A DNA stretch of 60,157 nucleotides, the filler included, from Trichosphaerium sp. ATCC 40318 (lineage: Eukaryota > Protista > Tubulinea): the NCBI GenBank assembly GCA_038496445.1. It is 3 parts of 3 records of this genome, joined end to end, with 100 filler letters (N's around TTAATTAATTAA, not from the genome) between each part and the next. Parts side by side here need not be neighbours in the genome. Positions count along the whole stretch, not along the records: positions 1 to 23,228 come from JALMLS010000227.1; 2 more parts are not named here. The stretch is one strand, 5' to 3'. Shown here piece by piece: positions 1 through 10,842 of this stretch. A model generated the notes under the pieces. That model was not told the DNA's origin and did not search any database. It saw only the letters and a list, made by a program, of their open reading frames with translations. The translations under genes and the position numbers were made by a program. Each line of letters begins with the position of its first letter. Within the stretch, counting starts at the first letter, position 1.

Positions 1-1638
1 TTTGTACATAGTCAACAAGTATTTAAGTGTTAATTAAAACGAATTCTACAACATGAAGGGAAAAAGGAAAGACAGTGTCTGTTTTGTTACTGCCTTTTTG
101 TGAATGGAACTTTTTTTTTTTCTCGATTTATTTGTTTTCAATAGATTTGACACGCACCACATTAAATTGGGATGTTCCATCCTCTCCTTAATAAGGTGTT
201 AATAAATAAAACTTATTATACATAATTTATCAAAAACCGCGCACTTGTAAGCGAGATAAATCCAAGAGAATGAGTGAATTCATGAAGCATTAAGGAACTT
301 TATTGAAAACCAGATTAGTACAAAAGGGATACTGAGTTTGTTTTGTTTCAAAACGTACTAGAAATCGAATTGATTACCAGCAGGAGTACCAGTCAACGTT
401 GGATCAAAGAAGTAGTCTAAAATACGTAAGTATTTCGGAAAAAACAAGGAAATAACTTGTAAAAGTGGTTGTCAAGGATTACTAGTATGTATGAGATTTT
501 TTGGCAAAAGCGAGATAAAACCAGGGTAACGAAACACGTGTATCAAAATTTGCGTTTGATATAAGCACATGTGGATATGGTTCGCTCCTGTACGAGTTTT
601 TCATTGTTACAGGAAACTTCTCAGTTTTTGAGAATTTAAAAAAGGGTCACGTGCTTTGGCCAAAATTAACAGTTGCAAAGATATCGGGGTTTGTTGGTAG
701 TGGATCTGTTCCTAGTACATAATGGCGCAAGGAGAATCTATAGGTAAATCTTAGGTAAACAAAGATCAATGGTAGTGTGATTTCGAAAAAGCAAAAATCG
801 ATAGAGCGTACGGATCATTGAAAGAGTTTGCCAAGTTAGAGAAGAATGTACCAGCAGTCGCTAGTGTTTGACCGCCCATAATGTTTTGTGAATCTCTAAA
901 AATCACTTCGAATTGGCGTTGCGCTAGCGAAACAAAAGGTCAGAAAAGGACAGTTCATAAGAAAGCAAAAGAGATACAAAATTTTTTGATCGAGGAAAAA
1001 GATCTATGAGTGTGATCGCGTACTCGACCCCGAAGGGAATTCAAGGGCATTTCCAATATAGCTAAGTACTGCTGCAACAACTGCTTGTGCCTAGAAAGAA
1101 AATAAATAAAAAAACACGAAATGTTTTTAATCGATTACTTGAGGTCCGACAACAGAGTCATCAAACCCAATAGTAGTAGCATTCAAGCAATCATAGTATA
1201 TTATAGTCCACTGTATAACTGGTGTAGAAACCTAAAGATAACTCAATAAAAACTAGGCCTTTTGGAAAAAACAGGTCTCCTAAATCACGTGGGTTTTTAT
1301 CACGTGATTTCTAACAACAATATGACCAGAAAGCTTAATTTTTAGTGGGTCTTTTAAATATAAAATACCCGTGCTTTGACGTACTACATCGATAAATCCG
1401 CCTCCTACGTTTCTGGATATATCATTTGCTTCCGCTGCGTCAAAAGAAGGGTAATTATCGCCGGCAATAGTACATCCTTCGTCGGTACATGCGTATATAG
1501 TCTCCTCAGTATCAGCCAATGCTTTGCGGTCATTAGAATAGGTACAAACACAAAATCAGTTGTAAAGGTAGTATGCTTGCCAACTTGAAAACAGAGCGCA
1601 GTAGTAAGCGCTAGTAGCAAAAAAACTCTAGAGGCCAT
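1..1638 (-). CDS. Secreted zincin-like metallopeptidase, multi-exon, 3' end runs off the window
   Basis: Signal-peptide-like start MASRVFLLLALTTALC; exons DYFFDPTLTGTPAGNQFDF (~355-418) and MLHEFTHSLGFISL (~250-290) give an HEXXH motif; GT-AG introns. Confidence 0.6.
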
Positions 1639-2285
1639 CTCAAGAGCTTTGTTTTAAGGGAATAAAGAATATGTAAGACAAGTTTTAATTTACAACGCTA
1701 AAACAATCCTTCCAGTTGGTTTTCTTACTAAAAAAGAAGAATGAGTTTGGCTTAATTTAAGATAATTTCGAGATTGTTCTACTTTATAACAGTCATGTCA
1801 CTCACTACCACTATTGTGACATAGACTCTTACACTTTTGACGCTCAACTGCAATTCTGCGATAACTCCGAAACCTGCGAAGCACAGAGTGCCTTTTGGGT
1901 CGTTGGATCATATTGACAGCTGTATGAGAACTCGAGATAACTATCACAATGAACTTACTGCAGTTTCATTGTATCGGACGTTATGCAGTTTTGTGGAAAT
2001 ATATGGCGGCAATGTAGTACATTTTGTACATTTTGAGTGGTAGAAGTTGCCACTGTGCTCGAGGTGTTTCTTGTTATCTGACAAGTCATGATCATGGACA
2101 AACATCCTAGCCACTAAAACTGCAACCTCACGTACTATATGTGCAGAGAAGCGTATCCACAACGCCTGGTGATGGGAAAGATTTGAACAAATCAGGTTGG
2201 ATCTATCCTGTTGGAATACTTCAGACAATAATGATTTGGTCTTGTTCAGTCACACAACTTTCACGCCGGCAGTGTCAAATTAGTC

Positions 2286-4257
2286 ATGAGCTCTGCAAAG
2301 AAGCGACGCGCTTCTCAAACGCCTAACACTACGTTTGAGAATGTCAGAGTGTATTTACTTGAGCATATCAGACAATCAACGTCTGTAAGTGTAGCATTCC
2401 AGGTACAAAGATAAACTAGCGTATGCACACGCATCACTAATCAGAAAAATGCAGAGTTACAACAACTTTTTATTCAACGCCTATTTTATGGCTAGTTCGC
2501 TACTAGGAGAACAATTAACGTATGTCGTTGCTCTTCCTTTCTTGTGTTGGCAGTACGATTCACGATTGGGTCGTGTTTTCTTATTTCTGCTGTGTATAGG
2601 TATCTAACGCCATGTTTTATGCGTCTAAATCATTTTTAGGGACGACTGTAGGCAGTTTCCTTAAAAATTTATTTGCGCTTCCAAGACCACCTTCACCGCC
2701 TGTATGATACTGTATTTATATCAAAACTGAGCAGAGTTACCATTTTTTCTGGTTTTTATACTCCATTTCTCTGATTAACGCTTAACGTCATTCTAGGTGA
2801 AGAAAAGTAGTTACACAGACCTCAAGGGTACACTTTAAGACTCGATTTTTTTCCCCGTTTATTAATTCGCACTTCAGACTTTGGATTTCCATCAAATCAC
2901 TCCTTGAACTCTCTTGCTCTCCCTCTGTTTCTGGCTATTTACCATTGGGATAACTACGATTTAAATAGGTACACACAAATAAGAAAACCACGTGGTACAA
3001 CCGCTTGGGAATGAGTAACAAAGGTTCCTTTAGTGACCAAAGTGTTGGTATTTTTATTTTTACCAACAACTTTTTTCCCGTTTTTACCCAACCTAACGTT
3101 TCACGTGATGAATTTAAAAGATTTTATTTATTTAAATTAGAAACTTGATTCATCTTGCATTGGTTGCATGGTGGAGTCTATCAATGATGGCGTCTCGTTT
3201 GTATCTAGGAGCACAGTACGTTCTTTTTTTTTTTCCTTAGCTTCTCTCGATTTGTTTGACGTTTTGGTAGTTCCCTTTTAGATGTTGTTGCAGGTGGAAT
3301 TGTAGGATTAGTGGTTTCTGTTGTTTGGGGATTTTGCTATGAAACTTTTGATACCTGGGCTTTAACTAACGAACAAGGTTCGTCCAAGAAGCAATTACTA
3401 AAACATCAAAGTTCAAATTCCGTTTTCCGTTTACCATCTACTAGCTCCAATTTATGTTGGTATCATTTCTCTATGTGTAATCGCAATACACCCAAGATCT
3501 AGAATCGGAGCACCAAGTTTCAAGTACACTGTTGCACTCATGGGACTGCTTCCAGGTAACAACTTTTCGAATCTATTTATTTAAATAACACGTTTTTCAA
3601 GGACTTGTTTTTGGAGCATGGTACGCACAGAGACATCTTATGGATGTTGAACAAAGGTATAAATTTATTATTTTGTACATAAAATATCTAATTAACATTA
3701 TTCAGGTATGACATTAAGGGGTGGTTTGCTGAAAATGCTCCTTGGTTGAAATTAACAGAAACAACAATTTTAATCATAAAGACTTTCCTTGGTACGCATA
3801 AGACATTTTACAAAAATGATGTATGCAGTGGCTTATGTTTATACTAAGGTATATTTGTACTGGAACTATTTAACTTGCTATCAAAGCAAGGGACAAGAAT
3901 GATAACAGGATTATTTTGTTCTATCCCAGTTCTTGGAAAAGGTTTAATGTACCTTGCTGATCTCACAGAGGTTTTTGCTGTTCCTCATGGAACACCACTT
4001 GATAATACTGATTACCCTCAATTCAAAGAAGCCATTGAAGATATGGAATATGTCCGTGAAGGTACGATAAACAAGCATGATCTTGTTTGAAAGAAAACTG
4101 AAAAGTTGTTTGCTAATGAGGTTCTTTAGGTATTCATTTACCTGATTGGGTTCGTGCTTTCACTATTGGTGCAAGTATTATGTTTTTTGTACCAGCGTAC
4201 TTTATATATTGCGGTTTGGATACAGGGATGTACGAAATCCTACGCTTAAAACAGTAG
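2286..4257 (+). CDS. PAP2-family lipid phosphate phosphatase (sphingosine-1-phosphate phosphatase-like), multi-exon
   Basis: Spliced exons give the three PAP2 motifs KNLFALPRP, DFGFPSNH and SRLYLGAH..DVVAG; several hydrophobic helices. Confidence 0.8.
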
Positions 4258-4463
4258 AAACAACAAATGCACACGTGGCAATCTTTTTCAAAAAAAAAAC
4301 CAAAATTAAAACAAAGTCAATCTTTTGAAAATGGAATTAAAAATAGTTTACGGATACTGTACAGCGTTAGTGTCTGAAAACCAAATACAAATAAAATAAT
4401 CAAGTGTTTCAAAAACTTGTATTGTGACTTTGCTTGCAATGTATCTCGAGATTAAACAAAAGA

Positions 4464-4536
4464 AGATCCTGCTCGGAATCGAACCGAGATCACCAGATTC
4501 AAAGCCTGGTATGCTAACCACTTACAACACAGGATC
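4464..4536 (-). tRNA. tRNA-Gln(UUG)
   Basis: Acceptor stem GATCCTG/CAGGATC, anticodon arm CCAGG-CTTTGAA-TCTGG, T-loop TTCGATT; T-run downstream. Confidence 0.93.
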
Positions 4537-4547
4537 GTGAGGAAGAT

Positions 4548-4619
4548 AGGAGACTCCGGGAATCGAACCCGGAACTCGAGAGCCACATTCTCATATGTTA
4601 CCATTGACACCAAGTCTCC
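4548..4619 (-). tRNA. tRNA-His(GUG)
   Basis: Acceptor stem GGAGACT/AGTCTCC, anticodon arm TGAGA-ATGTGGC-TCTCG, T-arm CCGGG-TTCGATT-CCCGG; discriminator T, genomic -1 base A. Confidence 0.92.
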
Positions 4620-5255
4620 TTCTGTTTATTTGTTCATCAGGTTCGAATAGACCGGTCTTAAAGAAAAACTAGCACAACTGCCAAAAAAGTGAACACAAAG
4701 TACGAATTCGGATCCAGGCAGAATAAGAAAGATCTTATTAACATTTGTTAATGGTTGTACCAATTGTGCGCTTTGTGACGGAGCTGTAGCTCTAAATATT
4801 TTAGCCTATTTTGAGTCGCTTTGCCATGCATTTCTTCTGTTACTGTACTCAACAATATTAATTTACCAAACTACAAATAAAATATTACATTCTGTTTCTA
4901 GAGAAGTAATAGTTAACTACTATTAACGGTCTACAATGATGTATTTTTTTTATTATAATCGATACCTAAACACTATTGCTTTTAGTGCTGTTAACGACTT
5001 GACTTTAGTTGAAGTCAAGCCGAACCGAGTGAAGTCATTGCTTTTTTTGAAATGTCAAGAACATTTCCTGCGATAGTTGTAGAATACTTTACAGCCTGAT
5101 CATGGCGTACTTGTTCTCCGGAAATGTATTTATGTCCTAACCCGTTACTTTAGTGAAGATTACGTTAGTTGGTAAGTAAAAGTTCAAAGAAAACCAGAAG
5201 TGCTTCACATATTTTCAAATAAAATTGACATAAAAAATTACAACATAAACCATAA

Positions 5256-8200
5256 ATGTATGGTCTTGTTTCAAAATCGGGTGAAAAGAGCCATCTATTG
5301 AGCGTTGATGTTGATGGTATTTTTACAGGCACGTTTGTATCTTCAAAAACGCTAGTAGTTTACTGTATCATGTAGACACTGTTGGTACCATCGCTGTAAC
5401 GCAAGTTTATCAAAATAAGGGCTCTAACCCAATAGAATGTGTCTACTCCTTCCCTAAGCATGCGGCTATGCCAATAACTGGCTTTTCAGTAACAATTGGA
5501 GACAAGATAATAAAAGGTAACTTAATACAAACGTTTTTCTTTCTTTTCATAAAAAACTGTTAACTTTTTTTTGAACAGGAAATATTTCTTCTAAAGAGGA
5601 AGGAAAGATTGAGTATGATATTGCTGTTGCAAAAGGTAAAGGTGGTTACTTACTAGAACAAGTTTCAGAGGACATTGTTAAAATGTCAGTTGGTACGGAA
5701 CTGGTGACTAGTCTTAAGAAAGTTTTGGAAAAATAACTTTTACGAAAAAAAATAGGCAATCTCAATCCTGGAGAAAAAGCGTCTGTCAGAATATCTCTTT
5801 TGTGTACAGCATCTTATGAACTTGGTAACACAATGCGAATTGGGGTTCCATTAACTTTTGGTCCTCGATACGGAAAGCGTAAGTGACAAAATGATTGAAA
5901 TTGTGAGGAGCTCATAATTTATTATTTGTTACAGCTGCTGACAACATTGGAACTGTGACTTATACAGACTCTTTCCAGTATGATTACAACGCAAAATTTA
6001 AGGTCACTATGCCTTGTGGCATCAAAAATGTCACATCACCATCACACGATGTCAAGGGTACCCTAATCAAAAAGTAAAAAATAGTCATGGTTTTTTTTTA
6101 GCTGTATTTGACTCAAAAGATACTATTGGCAATATTTCACTAAGTCCGAGTGATGGTAACAACTGGGCAGATATTATCATCCTTGTAGAAATGAATGATT
6201 CAAATGAACCTACTATTATTTGCGAGACAACACCAGATAAACACAGAGCAGTATGTATATCGCAAATGAAGTTGTTGTTGACACACTCCATCCAGGTTTA
6301 TGTTTCTTGTAAACCCAACTTCAAGACACCTAAAGATCTTGGCTTGTCACATGAGTTCATATTCCTTCTTGATAGAAGTGGTAGCATGGCAGGACATCGG
6401 TATACTTTTAAATTTACATATTTAATGAACTGACTGAGGTTGTAGAATGAGGATGGCAAAAGAAGCACTTCAAATTTTTCTTAGAAGCTTGCCTACAGAT
6501 TGTTCTTTTAACATCGTTGGTTTTGGGACTTCCCATAACACGCTCTTTGAAGAAAGCAGAGAATATAATGATGAATCTCTTCAAGAAGCTTCTAATCACG
6601 TCAAGTCACTTAAAGCCAACTTTGGTACACAAGTCGCACTTGGATTTTTTTCTCAATTTTTTGTAACAGGCGGAACGGAGATACTTGCTCCTTTGAAGGC
6701 TATAATGACAAAACATCCTAAGACTGGTCATGAAAGAGTTATATTCCTTCTTACTGATGGAGAAGTACACAATACAAAGTCTGTTTGCGACTTTGTATTA
6801 CAGCACGTGGCGCACACTCGAGTTTTCACAAGCACGTTGCCTTTTAGTGAGAGAAGATCAACTTTAACAAAAGCAATAGTCGGTGTTGGGAAAAGTGCTT
6901 CTACTGCTCTTGTGGATGGTGTAGCCAAGTCAGGTAATGGAATGCCTACTTACGTAAGCAATACGAAGAATATGAGCACCAAGATAATTCGCCAGGTAAC
7001 TACAATACATAGAACGAAATGCGAAACCAAAATAGTAACTTGAAAACATAGCTCAAAAGCGCGTGCACGTGTTTAACGGCCGTGTGGAAAAACCTCAAAG
7101 TCAACAGCTACCCCAACGAAGATATATCAATACCATATAGTCCAGGGGATACTATATCTGTACTAGGATTAGTAGAAAGCGACGAAGACTTAGAGTACAA
7201 ATAACTTTATTAGATTTATTTAACTAGTGTTTAGGCATGCATCTTTGGAGCTTTGTACAACTTCACTCCCAGCCCAAACGTATGAAATAAGCCTCAAAAA
7301 TGCATTACATACAAATGGGATGCACGTACATCAACGGAGTGTTCATGTTATGTTGCCTTTCAGAGAAAAAAGCGAAATAGTTGATAACAGTTTGAAATAC
7401 CAGATACTAACAAAATACACTTGCTTTGTGGCAGTTGGTCAAGAGAAGAAAACTGTCAATGGTCAAACTACACATGTTGATATCCCTCTACCACTTCTAT
7501 CCGCCCGTCCACAACAAAGAGCATCTAACTCCGCAGGAGTGTCTGTTTCTCGTGGCGGTAATCGCTTCCATGAAAGCAGTGTGGTAAATAGGAAGTTAGT
7601 TACCTTTATTTACTAATCAATTATTTCTAGTGTACCATTGGCGCATCTTTCCATTATAGTACTGTTAAGCTTGGAGATGGGAAAACTATGAGATCTCAGT
7701 TTTGGGTAAGGATAGGGGTGGCAGCAACCACTAAGCACGGTTTTCTAAATTTTTTTGTACTAGGATACAGCAGGCCAGGAGCGATTTCACTCACTAGCTC
7801 CAATGTATTATCGAGGAACAACGCTTGCAGTAATATGTTACGATGTTACAGATGAGGATTCGTTTATCAGAGTAGATCATTGGCTATCTGAAGTAACACG
7901 TGGTTCAAATGAACCTGCTGTAATCCTTGTTGGAAATAAAGTACGTTTATTTGACGTGACAACAAACAATACGCTCAATGGATTAAAATGACAATATAGG
8001 TTGACTTGAAGGATGATCGTGAAGTCAGTTATACACGTGCTTTGAACTATGCCAATAAAAACGATATTTCCTTTTTTGAAGTTTCGGCAAAAACAATGGA
8101 AGGATTAGATCAACTAGTGTCAATCATGTACCAAGGTACTAACATCACAGTACTTTCGGCTTTACCCTTTATATCTATGTTTACTTATGTGTCCATGCAG

Positions 8201-9083
8201 AGGCATACCTTGCTATTGATTCAGCCAACAAGGATATCAAAAGTACGTCATTCTTTTTTTGGAATTGTGATGAGCGTTTTTTTTTCAGTTGTTTATTTTT
8301 TTTGTAGTTGTATTAGTTGGAGAGCAAGGTGTCGGTAAAACCACTATTGAGCAGCAAATCTCTAGTTATCGTGTCGATTTGACAGAATTTTGTAAGAAAA
8401 ATCCTAAGCGGAGTCAACCAACAAACAAGCAACAGCCAAGCACAGAAAACAATCAACAAGAAAATAGCGGGTTTTTTGGATATATTGCATCCGCTTTTGG
8501 CTCTTTTTTTGGAGCAAGTCAATCAGTAGGGCAACCAAAAACAGCCTCAGATCCAACAAAACAACTTAAAAGATCATATAAAAAACCAACACGTCAACAT
8601 ACACAACAATCTGCAAGTACAGATACAAAAAAAATAAAAAAGAAAGAAGTAATCAATGTGATGGACTTGATCATGTTACAAAAGGCAGATGGTACTTGGG
8701 ATTTAACAGATACATTTGCTAAATGTATGTTGACTACCAAAGAAGCATTATTCAAAGCAATACCGCCTGAGGTACAAATAACAATGACATTAGATTTTCT
8801 CCAATCTTTTTTCTCAATGTACTTTTTAGATGTCATCAAAAGAAAGGCTTTGGGCAACATTGCTTGCTATCACATACCTCGAATCTATTGAGACTGAAAA
8901 AGAAGCTAGACAGTTAGTTATATCAAAGGCAAAGGTTCATATATCATTATATAGTAATTGTAGTATGCACGCTAGAACCTTTCTGAACTTATGACAAGCA
9001 AAACACTAGCATTAAAATTTCCTGAAATAAACCTCAAATTACGTTTCCATTTACTTGAGTATCACCTTCTACCATTGCAGTAA
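5256..9083 (+). CDS. VIT-vWA (VWA5A-like) protein with an inserted circularly permuted Rab-type GTPase domain; many exons, exact 3' end uncertain
   Basis: VIT: QVYQNKGSNPIECVYSFP; vWA MIDAS: EFIFLLDRSGSM, GGTEILAPL, FLLTDGEV; Rab motifs [29 protein letters not shown], EVSAK, then GEQGVGKT; VWA5A-like C-terminus LIMLQKADGTW and LWATLLA; introns across the Rab region keep the frame. Confidence 0.85.
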
Positions 9084-9399
9084 CTTCAATACCAAGTCTT
9101 GAAAGGGCACGTTGCGTGTTTATTAGACCCACATTTAAAAGTTACTGCAGCTTTGATAAACCCAATTTACAACGTAACCGTAAACACAAAAAACTAACAA
9201 GATTTTCTTCTACTTTTTCAGCGTGTCGGTAACGTACTGGTTGAGTGAAAGTAATGACTATATTGTTACATGTAGTGTTACATTCCTACATAGTTAAGAG
9301 GTACCATTTACCTTAATAGTATGGCCTCCAGCACAAGTTCCATTAAAAACAAAGAAATACGAAATTGCAAAAAAACAGTAGCTTCATTTGTATTCCTTC

Positions 9400-10627
9400 T
9401 TACATCCATTTAAGTTCAGCTACCAGCAATTTATGATCTGTAACCTTCTCTGCATCTATTTGAGTACATGTACTATTATCCCAGTCAATTCTCTTTGCTA
9501 TATCTTGACTTATCCAAATGTAATCAATGCGTGTACTATATCTGCATGTTTTAGCATCAATATCCTTCTTTTCAGGATTAAGACATTTCCAGCAATCCAC
9601 AAACCCTCTTCCTTTCATAAACTGTGTAACATCTGTTCTTGGAGGCTCCCAACCTTAATTAAACATCAGAAAACAAAAACAAAAGACGAAAAAAGTAGTA
9701 CAGGTAAAAAAAAACTAAAAAAAATGTCACTATGGTTTTCTTTTTACCAGCGAAACTCTTATTAAATAATGACCACAACGCCATATACTCACCAGACATA
9801 TTTCTTCTATCTACAATAGTATCTTCCCAAAACCTTTAAACAAAGAAAGATAATTGTCAGTTCTCTCAAAGATACTTATTATTTAAACAGTTTCAAGCAC
9901 AAAAAATGACTCGAATGTTATTGGACAGAGTTGTCACGTGATTGTCACATGTCATCAAAAAAAAAAAGTCAGCGTACTCATCTGTGTAATCTTCTCTTGT
10001 CAGGGCATTAAAATCTCCAAGTATTATAGCTGGACCTTTGACCATATCCAAGATTTTTTTGATTTGAATCAATCGAACATTTTCGTCTTTGTGACATAAA
10101 TGTGTCACAACAATGTCTCCAATTTCATGTTTAATTATCGTAGCATTACGCGTTTCCTTCCCAGGGACCTTTTGCGAGGAGTATTAACAAAGATAAGACG
10201 AATTTCAGTTAAAAAACAAGGATACAGCCTCCTGGTTCTTGTAATAAACGTACCTCTAGTTTAATGCTTTCCCACGCACTCCCGCTATCTCCTTTGATTA
10301 TAAAAGCGTTTCCAAGCGTAGGAGAGTCTCCTGGTCCAAAATATGGCTTATAGGCTTGGCCCAACGCCGCAGCTATGCTCAGTCAATACAATATAGATGT
10401 AGTAGTAGTTACAGAAGCTTTCTGGCGTTGGCATGTAAGTTTGTCGCGGATTCTTTACAACCTACACTAAATAAGTTAATATATCTCTCAGTTAAATCAC
10501 TGACCTCTTGTAAACCTATAATGTCGATATTTAACGGTTTTAGCTTTGCGACAAGTCCTTTCTCATTAATCTTCCATTCATCATCGCTCCACGCGTGTAC
10601 GTTCCACGAGGCAATACTTAACGTCAT
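9400..10627 (-). CDS. Endonuclease/exonuclease/phosphatase (EEP) family protein, multi-exon
   Basis: Motifs ASWNV, DIIGLQE, VTHL, GDFNA, RIDYIW, TDH. Confidence 0.85.
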
Positions 10628-10842
10628 TTCACTTGCTAAAAAGCGTTATTACCACTTCTGACTTTGACCGACAACGAGGAGAAAAGGAACATCAAGCAGT
10701 AAACAATCCCTCCAATAGACGCAACAGCGGTGTAAATTACAACCACAACACACAAAAAATAAGGGTTGCAAAGAAGACAACAAGAAAGCCCTCTAAAAGG
10801 CAAAGCGCGATCAAAAAATTGGAAGTTATAGTACACGTTTAT

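Noticed and set aside
7803-8338. Stand-alone Rab gene separate from the vWA gene
   Set aside because: No own start, upstream P-loop or prenylation tail; in-frame splicing links it to VWA5A-like sequence on both sides
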